The notes beneath the pieces are model-generated. The model saw nothing but the letters and a program-made list of their open reading frames with translations, did not search any database and was not told where the DNA came from. Shown here one piece after another: positions 44,601-52,778 of a DNA stretch of 64,000 bases (its first letter is position 1; every line of letters begins with the position of its first letter). A program made the translations under genes and the position numbers. The stretch spans positions 1-64,000 of the IMG/VR virus record IMGVR_UViG_3300025141_000016. One strand, written 5' to 3'.

Positions 44601-46869
44601 GGGTGTGGCCGCCGATAATGCCGTGGTTCGGTGGGATGGGCTGACGGGGAAACTCGTCCAAGATTCCAATGCCATCTTGGACGACACAGGGAACCTTTCC
44701 TTGGTGGGGTCCGTCACGGCAGGCACAGAAGTCATCATCACCGAGACAAGCGTTCCTCCCTCCGCTTCCCTTACTACAGGAAGGCTTTGGGTTTCTCCGG
44801 GGCAGAACCCAAACGGTTTGGGGTTCGTCTCGGATAACGGCACTCTCCAAGCCCTTCCGGGGGCGTGGCAGATAGCTGTCATGCACTCCAGCCAACTGGC
44901 TATCAAGTCCTCACAAGGGGTGATCCTTCAGGCGACCGCTTTCTTTATGACGGCCCAGCCAAACAACGGTGACCTCTTTACCATCACGGATGGAGCGACG
45001 ACCCGTGTCTATGGGGCCGTTGCGGGCGGGGATGTTCAGTACACTCTCGGAGCCACTGTCTCCCTCACCCTGGACAACCTTGTCGCCGCCATCGTTGCTG
45101 ATGGTGGGGCAGGGCAACCGTGGACAGCCCTTCATGTCGGCTCGATCAACTTCGCGCCTGCCACCACAGATGGTGTGGTCATCATCCATCGGGTCAGCCA
45201 AACCGCCGCCAGTTTTCCTGACCGGATCTTTGGGGACGCCAACTTCGTCACCAACACGGTGGCTCGCTACATGCGGTTCGATGAGGCCCCTGACTACCGG
45301 AGGATTGGGGACGATTCGTTCAATGACGAGGTTTTGCCCAACGCTGACCCCGGAGCCAAGCGGTTCGGTGTGGGCCGGAATCAAGCGGCCCTGTTCAGTG
45401 GCGACGTGTGCATAAGCATCTTCGACCAGACGGTGCAGATTCTCGACAAGGCTGTCCACCCTGACACATGGTCGAGTATCGGTGGCGGTGGCGGGGCCAG
45501 CCTTGCTACCACTCTGGGGATCGGGAACACGTCAGGTGGGACCGACATTCAACTGACCACAGGGGATGAAATCACTGGTCAGACGGATGTGATCATCAGG
45601 TCCGGTGGTGCTGGAGACATTGAGTTCCACCCAACCAACAATGTGCTCCTTCAGAACAATAAGGGTCTTGCGTTTGGCACGAACGCAGGCAACCTTTCGT
45701 CCGGCCTGGGCGCTGGCATCGTGTACGACGCTGGAACGAACCTACTCCTTGTTGGCGTTTCAGCAGTCCCACCGGTCGCCTACAGCGGAGGAGCGACCGC
45801 CGCTGGACTTGCGCTTATGTCAGATGCGACAAACACAGTTACGGCTGGCGCGGGCGTAAACTCTGGAAGTGTCGCTCTTTCCAGTGGCGCTACTCTGTTC
45901 ACGGGTCCAGGCACTACCGCAGGCAATACCGGCGATGCTCGGCTGTTCTCCGGGCCTACCCTTATGGATGGGAATACCGGGATGGCTTTGGTTTTCTCCG
46001 GCGATGCTGCCGGAGGGGACTCGGGACAGGCTCAACTCCGCAGCGGGTCCGCCTCTGGAGTCTCCGGGCTTGCCTTGGTGGTCACCGGCGATGCCGCCAC
46101 GGGAGCCAGCGGTGGTGCCTATCTCAATACCGGTTCTTCCCCGACTCTTTCGGGCTCAGTAAATGTATATAGCGGGAACGCACTCACAGGAGCCAGTGGT
46201 GGTGTGAGCATTACAACGGGTCTTGGTCAGAGTACCAATGCAGTTTCTCTTACGACTGGAGCGGCATCCGCTGGAAATAGTGGGGATGTCCTGATTACCA
46301 CAGGCACCGCAACGGGAACTCGGGGCACCCTTCACATCAACACACGGGGGATGGAGGTCAGAGAGTCCAAGCCTGCCTCGGAAGGTGTGGGCAAGGCGGG
46401 ACTGTTCGTCTCTGATGGGACAGGAACACTACCGGGTGGTGTCACCCCGATCCAGAACGCCCTCTACTACTTGGGGCAGCCAGCGGGTCGCGACATTCGC
46501 CTCGATCTGCCTTCCCTGGACCGGCACCACATCAACATGCCCGAGAGTGGCGGCAACACTGTCCAGTACCTCGGGTGGGCAGTCCTTCCATGTCGGCTCA
46601 CCAAGATCAAGGTGCTCATGTCCACCGTCAACACGGTCGGGAACTACACCCTGGCGATCACCAATCAAGCGGGGAACACCGTTCTCAATGCGGCCACCTT
46701 CGATATGAACTCGTTGGGGGCGGGGGCAGTAACAACCCTCACCTTGACAGGTGCGTTGGCTGATCTGGACTTCGCCGTGGATGACAAGTGGACCATCGCC
46801 TTGGCGAGTTCTAACCCCGGCTTCAACGGTCAAGGGATCTACATCGACCTCACCTTTGAGTTGACCTGA
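41689..46869 (+). CDS. Long tail fibre/spike protein
   Basis: 1726 aa, Gly/Thr/Ala-rich. YQTIQAAID beta-helix start, glycine-rich repeats, and both ends shared with 38817..40493. Confidence 0.8.
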   Translation: MAVASIHSLRNGADPYTGTSRDDLALTDVVTVNAVQIGTAYQWSLAYIPEGSAAAFSGSVVARSPGTFTVDREGPYLVRLALTAPQITVNAVLTAGSKFTINGVDLTAVAGASTPGSNDFSVGSGTVAGITAEIEAAINDGANSFTGIVTASDASPDVVFSPVVDGVPITITHTWPAADVTVGNLETEQYVRLRALTAYGALKLVAAGERYDTLRVPVDTTFDGWADEQNFNLLALLGLASVTAASTRVLYVDPVNGDYQTIQAAIDYADSQTPSIATQWVVLVRPGVYVEDLTFYPWVNLFGWPGGEQSPLVTVRNATAGLPHLIHLPNPTHSINVVNISFERLVASAVSTLRQTGSGRATFIRCSLRAQGTGVAYQEFAGVAQFFESQIYGGTSTPADYAIHVQNGANILAMHRCSVEGRSGLLLGTQVQAEIRDCSITGSGDFGINTNADSLEVEYCTIQNSTTSVAFNPAPFSGAAGSTDTTIRWSRVGNLTADGTNVFGVGRLDLGSTEHGTITRTNGAVGVATVPADTIFYDNALVAHSRIVNAVEIGGDLTATNVQDALDEIYTYAIGVRTLDDAYDGGVTATGVGRTIVADQGAVQIVDAVAPSDPIPPDNPNGSLEVVGAIKVGGINKPEITVDPNPFGNGPAVHLGREIWANDAPSGSTALILGDATGSPMFHNYNLRVGTQHADGGAPHGVGELFLRAGDSHAAINAGSLYIQAGTATQAGGEGGDIYVVPGGSTLGATEGSIILGRPRTATSATLTANAAMGAGTATAGIIQFGIDSGSFKITLAGGENLAAVHALFNATGVVTTNPADDPIILTTVAAGPTAEVFFLNAGAGVDASIGTFSGQPMVAGTWPDTVKVDATALNEITIGAGGTTGPLVYNAETGKLTVPGMIDPTGMIFSESTLAATTAAVAGWTAGNQGALFVSDGTGGLIDNHLYYVFDTGAALDISGGGTGDVVGPAGVAADNAVVRWDGLTGKLVQDSNAILDDTGNLSLVGSVTAGTEVIITETSVPPSASLTTGRLWVSPGQNPNGLGFVSDNGTLQALPGAWQIAVMHSSQLAIKSSQGVILQATAFFMTAQPNNGDLFTITDGATTRVYGAVAGGDVQYTLGATVSLTLDNLVAAIVADGGAGQPWTALHVGSINFAPATTDGVVIIHRVSQTAASFPDRIFGDANFVTNTVARYMRFDEAPDYRRIGDDSFNDEVLPNADPGAKRFGVGRNQAALFSGDVCISIFDQTVQILDKAVHPDTWSSIGGGGGASLATTLGIGNTSGGTDIQLTTGDEITGQTDVIIRSGGAGDIEFHPTNNVLLQNNKGLAFGTNAGNLSSGLGAGIVYDAGTNLLLVGVSAVPPVAYSGGATAAGLALMSDATNTVTAGAGVNSGSVALSSGATLFTGPGTTAGNTGDARLFSGPTLMDGNTGMALVFSGDAAGGDSGQAQLRSGSASGVSGLALVVTGDAATGASGGAYLNTGSSPTLSGSVNVYSGNALTGASGGVSITTGLGQSTNAVSLTTGAASAGNSGDVLITTGTATGTRGTLHINTRGMEVRESKPASEGVGKAGLFVSDGTGTLPGGVTPIQNALYYLGQPAGRDIRLDLPSLDRHHINMPESGGNTVQYLGWAVLPCRLTKIKVLMSTVNTVGNYTLAITNQAGNTVLNAATFDMNSLGAGAVTTLTLTGALADLDFAVDDKWTIALASSNPGFNGQGIYIDLTFELT

Positions 46870-46911
46870 TGCCCCCGCACGTCCCGGTGATCTGTCGATA
46901 CGCAGAGGTAA

Positions 46912-47364
46912 GTGATGCCTGACTATAGCCGCCCATATTTTTCCGCCTCACCCCCAACGGCACCTGCCGACGTTCTGGGATCGTCGGGGGCACCCGTGAC
47001 CCTCGGGGCCACCATAGTTCCCGCCAACATATCGACAGCGGTGGATGTGGATGGGCACAAGTACGTCGTCTTCTTTGTCCATCTCCTGGCACTTGGGGGA
47101 GCAACCAAGGTCATGGCTGAAGTCTTCTTTAGCCCAACAGGGGGCGCGGCTCCGACAGAGTGGTCCTCCGTGAAAACCGAGGATGTGACTGCGGGTGTAG
47201 CTGTCCAGAGCAAATACGAGATTGAGCAAGGGGTTGGTGGACCTGGGCTGGTGATCGTGGCCCCGATACCCACCCGAGGGGTACAGTATTACAGCATCGG
47301 GTTGAGGTCCGACGGGACTCCCGACGTATACGTTCAGTACCGAGGGTCAGGAGGACCGATCTAA
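46912..47364 (+). CDS. Structural hypothetical protein
   Basis: 150 aa, beta-rich, within the tail operon. Confidence 0.6.
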   Translation: MMPDYSRPYFSASPPTAPADVLGSSGAPVTLGATIVPANISTAVDVDGHKYVVFFVHLLALGGATKVMAEVFFSPTGGAAPTEWSSVKTEDVTAGVAVQSKYEIEQGVGGPGLVIVAPIPTRGVQYYSIGLRSDGTPDVYVQYRGSGGPI

Positions 47365-47627
47365 TGGCGCTCTACTACTACACCCCTGTTTTCATCGTCC
47401 CTCCATCAGAGGGTAACCCTTACGGAAGCATCGAACCGGGAGAACTGGATAGCGATGATGTGACCATCATCGACTCACAACCACCATTGGGAACCTCGGC
47501 TCCGAAGTACGACGACGTGGCAGAGCGGTTTGTGCTTGTGTGCCCTGATGGAACGACCCCCCCGAATGGTTGGGTCGAGAAGACCAAGGCCGAAGTGAAC
47601 AGTGATTATCCGGGCTTGATCCCGTAG
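47364..47627 (+). CDS. Small hypothetical protein
   Basis: TAATG coupling, 87 aa. Confidence 0.65.
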   Translation: MALYYYTPVFIVPPSEGNPYGSIEPGELDSDDVTIIDSQPPLGTSAPKYDDVAERFVLVCPDGTTPPNGWVEKTKAEVNSDYPGLIP

Positions 47628-47636
47628 GAGGCCGCG

Positions 47637-48698
47637 ATGGCATTGATTTGGTCCTGGGGAGTAGGCGAAGAATCCCCAACTTTGTTGGAGTCTATGGGCT
47701 TCGACTGTAGCAGCACGAGCACGAACAGTATTGAGCCGAGGCAGACCTATCAGTACAGGCCGTCTGGCGGTGCTGCTCGGTGGTCTTGGGCACTTGACCA
47801 CAACGCCTGGGTCACCCCTCCCGTTGGCGCGAAGCCTACCAATGCGATGGGGTGCCTAACCACTGCTTTTTTCGCGGAGCCGGGAACTGGTCCTTGGAAC
47901 AACACCACCTTATTGAACATATACGGGGGAAACAGCGGTAGGAACATCTATGTTCAGGTCACATCGGGAGGGGCGCTGAAGCTGTTTGTGGACAACACCT
48001 ACAAAGCTACTTCGACTTCGACGTGGCAGTGGAGTGGGCAGTGGCACCAAGTCACCCTGAAGTACGATATGAGTGCGGACCCGTGGAAGGGAAGCGTCTG
48101 GGTCGATGGCGTACAGGCCATCGCAGAGCAAACTGATGCGCGTGTTGCGGAACCCAGCGGGGCCACCATCTCCTTCACCATGGGCCAGGGTTTCGTCAAC
48201 GCGGACAGGGCAACCTACATCGGCCAGTGCATCATTTATGACAACTACACGGACCCGGCTGAAAATGTGCGCTTCGTGAGCCGCATCGCACCAGACACCG
48301 ACAGCAGCACGACCGGTACATGGGCCTCCACTGGTCCCAACAACCATTCGGTGCTGGGGTCAGACCCCTTTGACGCGGCTACCTACACCGAGAACTCGGG
48401 GCCTCCCTCTGCGGGAGATGATGTGATCACCACTTTCGCGGGAAACCTGGGAGTCGCCTTGGGCGGGGTGCCGCCATCGGTGGATGGGGTCACGGTTCAT
48501 TCGTTCAGCACAGGACTTGCCAACACGGCGAGAGCCGAGGTCGGAGATCAAGCAGGGGCCACAACGACTCCAGGGGTTACCAGCACCATGTCGAACACGA
48601 CCACCTACGCCACGGCCACGGCACCGACGAAGCCCAGCGGAGGGGCGTGGACCGCTACAGACACCCCGAAAGCGAAATATGAGATCATAAGTGTCTGA
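47637..48698 (+). CDS. ConA/LamG-like structural protein
   Basis: RBS AGGAGG. QWHQVTLKYD..VWVDG pattern. Confidence 0.65.
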   Translation: MALIWSWGVGEESPTLLESMGFDCSSTSTNSIEPRQTYQYRPSGGAARWSWALDHNAWVTPPVGAKPTNAMGCLTTAFFAEPGTGPWNNTTLLNIYGGNSGRNIYVQVTSGGALKLFVDNTYKATSTSTWQWSGQWHQVTLKYDMSADPWKGSVWVDGVQAIAEQTDARVAEPSGATISFTMGQGFVNADRATYIGQCIIYDNYTDPAENVRFVSRIAPDTDSSTTGTWASTGPNNHSVLGSDPFDAATYTENSGPPSAGDDVITTFAGNLGVALGGVPPSVDGVTVHSFSTGLANTARAEVGDQAGATTTPGVTSTMSNTTTYATATAPTKPSGGAWTATDTPKAKYEIISV

Positions 48699-51600
48699 TG
48701 GCTACAGCCCAACTACAAGGGCTGTTTGCAACAGTCGTACATGAAGCACCCCCTGACCCAGCCCAACTACAAGGGCTGTTCACTACGGTCGTGCATGAAT
48801 CGCCGCCTGATCCAGCCCAACTCCAAGGGTTGTTCACGACGGTCGTTCATGCAAACTGGGGGAGTGATGCCCAACTCCAAGGGCTGTTTACGACGGTTGT
48901 TCACGAGTCCCCGCCTGACCCCACACGTCTGGAAGGGCTGTTCACAACGGTTGTGGCGGGTGACCCCCTTGCAGCGACAGTTTCCAACATCTCGGGGAAC
49001 GTCGGAGTTCTCGCTACCTTTGACGGGTCGGCTTCCGTAGCGGATACCCTTCGGTGGGCATGGCAGTCCGTCCCTGGCGGGAGTGCCATCGCGAACCAGA
49101 TCCTACCGTTCCCCGACAATGGGGCGCAGTTCCCGGTTGATATGACTGGGAACAAAGGGCTTTGGCACTTTGAGGTGGATTCTGGAGCCACGCCGGTTCC
49201 CTTCCCCGACAACGGGGCTGCCACTCCTTTAGACATGACGTGGAACACGTCGCTTTTCCACTTTGAGGCAGCATCCGGGGCCTCCCCGATCCCGTACCCT
49301 GACAACGGAGCAACGACCCCGGTTGACATGACCGACAACCTGGGCCTGTACCACTTTGAGACAACCTCGGGGCTTACCCAGGTTCCTTTCCCCGATAACG
49401 GGGTGGCGACCCCCATTGACATGACCGCCAACGAAGGGCTTTGGCACTTTGAGGGGAACGCCAACGACACTTCGGGCAACGCTCGGAACGGCACGGTCAC
49501 CGGGGCCACCCAGGTCGCGGGCAAGGTGGGTTCCTTTGCCTACTATTTCAATGGCACCAGCGATTACATCGACTATGGGGCGATCCTCGCTTTCACGACG
49601 GGTGACTTCACGTTTTCGTTTTGGATGAATCCCAACGCCTCCCAGGTCAGTTGGGCCAAGGTTTTCGGTTGCCAGGGGGCTGGAGCGGGGGACGGATACG
49701 CCTTTGAGAACCACTCTGCCAACCACTACCGATTCCAGAGCGGAGACGGCTCCAGTTGGTTCGCTAACGGCAATACGATGTACATCCCACCGGGTAGGTG
49801 GTCGCACATCACTCTTGTCCGAGTCGGGCAGGTGATCACCGGCTACCTCGATGGGGTAGCAGTGTATACCGACGTGGCCCCTACGACGATTGCTGACCTC
49901 GCGGACTTTGAGATGGGGCGACAGACTGGAGCGTCGGCGTACTGGGAAGGGATACTGGACGAGTTCGCCGTTTGGTCCCGTGCTCTCTCCCCCGTAGAGA
50001 TCGCTGACATTTACACCAAGCAGTTGGCACCGCAGATCAACGACACCTCGGGTCAGTCTGCTTGGCTCCAAGACGTAGGAACCACCCAGACAGCCGGGGT
50101 GGTCGGTTCCTTCGCTCGGGCCTTCAATGGCACCGACCAGTACATCCAGGGGAACATCCCCAATGCCCCCACGACGGAGGGGAGTTGGGCGGGCTGGTTC
50201 AAGATCAACGCAGGGGTCGCTGCCTACGATATGATTGCGGGCTTCGCGCCGTGGTCCACTTCTCCCAACGGCACGGCCCGAGGGTTGCTCTACCACAACA
50301 GCGGCTACCTCTACTGGTGGGGCTACAATGCTGATCAATCCCTGAACAACGCCAAGATTGTCCTGGGTCAGTGGCATCACCTCGCGGTGAGTTGGGAAAA
50401 CACTGACAATGTGAAGGTGTACCTCGACGGGACGATGTACTACAGCATGACCCACGCGGGCCTCAACACCCCTTCAAATCAGTTCTGGATCGGGGCACGT
50501 CCCGACACCACTGACTACACCCCGATGGAGTGTGACGAGATCGCCATTTGGGATCGCGTGATTTCCGAAGCCGAGGTCGCTGCCATCTACAGCAAGCAGT
50601 CAGCGGGACAGATCAGGGACTCCTCCGGGTCGGCAGGAAACCTCGTAGACCACAGCACCACCCAGGTCACAGGCAAGGTCGGGTCTTTCGCCCGTGCCTT
50701 CAACGGGACGGACCAGTACATCAACGGCCCGATTTTGAGCCCGGACTCCCCAGTGGTCCCCTTCCCCGATAACGGGGCTGTGACCCCGATTGACATGACG
50801 GACAACAAACTCCTGTTCCACTTTGAGGGGAACGCCAACGACACCTCGGGTGAAGGCCACAACATGGCGGTCGTGGGATCGCCCGCAGTTGTACCGGGCA
50901 AGGTCGGGTCTTTCTGCTATGACTTCCCAGGGACGAACACAGATTATCTCTCGACCCCCTACCCTCCTGGGGCTCCCAAGTCCTTCCAGATCACGGGAGA
51001 TGCTACTGCCTCTTTCTGGTTGAACGCCGATTCTATTGGTCCTCACAACACCGAATCCATGATTCTCCTTGGGAATCCGGCATACGCGGATGAAGCCGAT
51101 AATGTCCTGTTCTTTGTGCGCTGGGCGACTACGGCAGGTGATTTAGAGTACACCCACCAGTCTGGGCCGGGTAGCGGCTTCACGAGGACTCAATCCCACG
51201 TCTTCAACACCAACCTGTCAGCAGGTGTCTGGTATCATTTGGTGTTCGTGCGAGACACCACCGCAAAGACGATCACGCTCTACATTGATGGGGTGTTGAG
51301 CGGGGTTGGCACTTACTTATTGAACCCCACCGGAGGATCAAACGGGAGCTTTGCCTCCGGCTACATGATCGATGGGAGAATGGATGAGATGGCGCTCTGG
51401 TCCCGCGCCCTCCCCGCGTCCGAAGTTGCTGACATTTACAGGAAACAGCAGGGATCCCATGTCAGCCTCCACAGTGGCTCCCTCTCATGCTGGTTCAAGC
51501 GCGTTTCGGGTACGGCCAGTCGCATCATCGTCGGATTGGCCGACAATCGCGTCACCAAGAACGGGACGTGGAGGACGATCAGCGTCAACAACAACCTCCT

Positions 51601-52714
51601 CCAGTTCTGGGGCTACAGCGACGACATCAATAACATCCACCCCATCACCTTGGGCCAGTGGTACCACGCCGTGGTCACCTGGGAGAACACCAATGATGTA
51701 AAGGTGTATTTGGACGGGGTGTTGCAGGCTTCACACACCCTCACCCTCCTCCCCCCTCCCGCCGAGTTGTGGATGGGGGCCGAACCCCACAACAGCAACT
51801 ACACCGATATGGAACTCGATGAGGTCGCCGTTTGGGGTCGGGCTATCTCGGAAACCGAAGTCGTAGACATTTATGTGGAGCAGGCAGCGGGGATCCTCGG
51901 GGACACTTCGGGGCAGGGCGTGAACCTCGTGAACTACGGGACCACCCAGGTCGCAGGTCGGGTGGGGGCGTATGCTCGGGCTTTCAACGGGACCGACCAG
52001 TGGGTGCAAGGCGTTGTACCGAACGCCCCCACCACCGACGGGACGATCTCGGCTTGGGTCAAGCTGGGGGCGAACACCCAATACCGCATCATCTGTGGCT
52101 TCGGAGATGACCGTCAGGCCAGTGTCTCCTCCATGAACGGCACATGGCGGTTCCTCGTCGTTGGGAACACTGCCGGTCAGTTGGGCTTCTATGGGTACAA
52201 CAACGACACGACCAATCTCGGGACGCTGAATGTGGGCACTTGGCACCATGTGGCCTGCGTCTGGTCCAGCACTACCTACCTTGAAGTCTATCTGGACGGC
52301 GTGAGGGTAGCGAACCAGACCATCGCTGGTCTGGTGGTCCCATCTTCGCAGTTCTGGATGGGAGCCCGACCCGACAACACCAACCGCACGAACATGGAAC
52401 TCGATGAGGTGGCGGTGTGGAATCGTGCCCTTTCCCAAACCGAAATCCAGACGATCTACGACTTTCAGAACACCGCGTCCTACGCGGGTGGCGGCCCCAC
52501 TTTCCCCTTCACCCCCGACGTGATTGGGACGTACACGGTCCAGCTTCAAGCCAGGGGGTCAGTCGGCAATCAAGTAAACGCGAGCGCGGATGCTTTGATT
52601 ACAGCAGCCGGTGGCAAGAGGCACCTGTTCACAGGTATGGTCCTTCACCATCGCTTTGGGGGCATGGGCCAGTTCACTGCCGAGCAACTGCCCGGAAGCG
52701 AGGACGATGATTAG
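48698..52714 (+). CDS. Multi-LamG (ConA-like lectin) fibre/receptor-binding protein
   Basis: About five LamG-type domains (WHHLAV.W..VYLDG..DE.A.W.RAL), N-terminal AQLQGLFTTVVH repeats and PFPDNG..DMT repeats. Confidence 0.85.
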   Translation: MATAQLQGLFATVVHEAPPDPAQLQGLFTTVVHESPPDPAQLQGLFTTVVHANWGSDAQLQGLFTTVVHESPPDPTRLEGLFTTVVAGDPLAATVSNISGNVGVLATFDGSASVADTLRWAWQSVPGGSAIANQILPFPDNGAQFPVDMTGNKGLWHFEVDSGATPVPFPDNGAATPLDMTWNTSLFHFEAASGASPIPYPDNGATTPVDMTDNLGLYHFETTSGLTQVPFPDNGVATPIDMTANEGLWHFEGNANDTSGNARNGTVTGATQVAGKVGSFAYYFNGTSDYIDYGAILAFTTGDFTFSFWMNPNASQVSWAKVFGCQGAGAGDGYAFENHSANHYRFQSGDGSSWFANGNTMYIPPGRWSHITLVRVGQVITGYLDGVAVYTDVAPTTIADLADFEMGRQTGASAYWEGILDEFAVWSRALSPVEIADIYTKQLAPQINDTSGQSAWLQDVGTTQTAGVVGSFARAFNGTDQYIQGNIPNAPTTEGSWAGWFKINAGVAAYDMIAGFAPWSTSPNGTARGLLYHNSGYLYWWGYNADQSLNNAKIVLGQWHHLAVSWENTDNVKVYLDGTMYYSMTHAGLNTPSNQFWIGARPDTTDYTPMECDEIAIWDRVISEAEVAAIYSKQSAGQIRDSSGSAGNLVDHSTTQVTGKVGSFARAFNGTDQYINGPILSPDSPVVPFPDNGAVTPIDMTDNKLLFHFEGNANDTSGEGHNMAVVGSPAVVPGKVGSFCYDFPGTNTDYLSTPYPPGAPKSFQITGDATASFWLNADSIGPHNTESMILLGNPAYADEADNVLFFVRWATTAGDLEYTHQSGPGSGFTRTQSHVFNTNLSAGVWYHLVFVRDTTAKTITLYIDGVLSGVGTYLLNPTGGSNGSFASGYMIDGRMDEMALWSRALPASEVADIYRKQQGSHVSLHSGSLSCWFKRVSGTASRIIVGLADNRVTKNGTWRTISVNNNLLQFWGYSDDINNIHPITLGQWYHAVVTWENTNDVKVYLDGVLQASHTLTLLPPPAELWMGAEPHNSNYTDMELDEVAVWGRAISETEVVDIYVEQAAGILGDTSGQGVNLVNYGTTQVAGRVGAYARAFNGTDQWVQGVVPNAPTTDGTISAWVKLGANTQYRIICGFGDDRQASVSSMNGTWRFLVVGNTAGQLGFYGYNNDTTNLGTLNVGTWHHVACVWSSTTYLEVYLDGVRVANQTIAGLVVPSSQFWMGARPDNTNRTNMELDEVAVWNRALSQTEIQTIYDFQNTASYAGGGPTFPFTPDVIGTYTVQLQARGSVGNQVNASADALITAAGGKRHLFTGMVLHHRFGGMGQFTAEQLPGSEDDD
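48707..48960 (+). repeat. Five imperfect ~54-bp repeats encoding (A/T)(Q/R)L(Q/E)GLFTTVV
   Basis: Visible in both DNA and protein. Confidence 0.8.
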
Positions 52715-52715
52715 G

Positions 52716-52730
52716 CGGTGGGTATCCTAT
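52716..52730 (+). promoter_or_regulatory. Late-type motif
   Basis: CGGTGG GTATC CTAT. Confidence 0.65.
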
Positions 52731-52778
52731 CGGGGGCCTCTGTCGAGGCTCCTTTGGTGCCTCTGACAAGGAGTTCCT

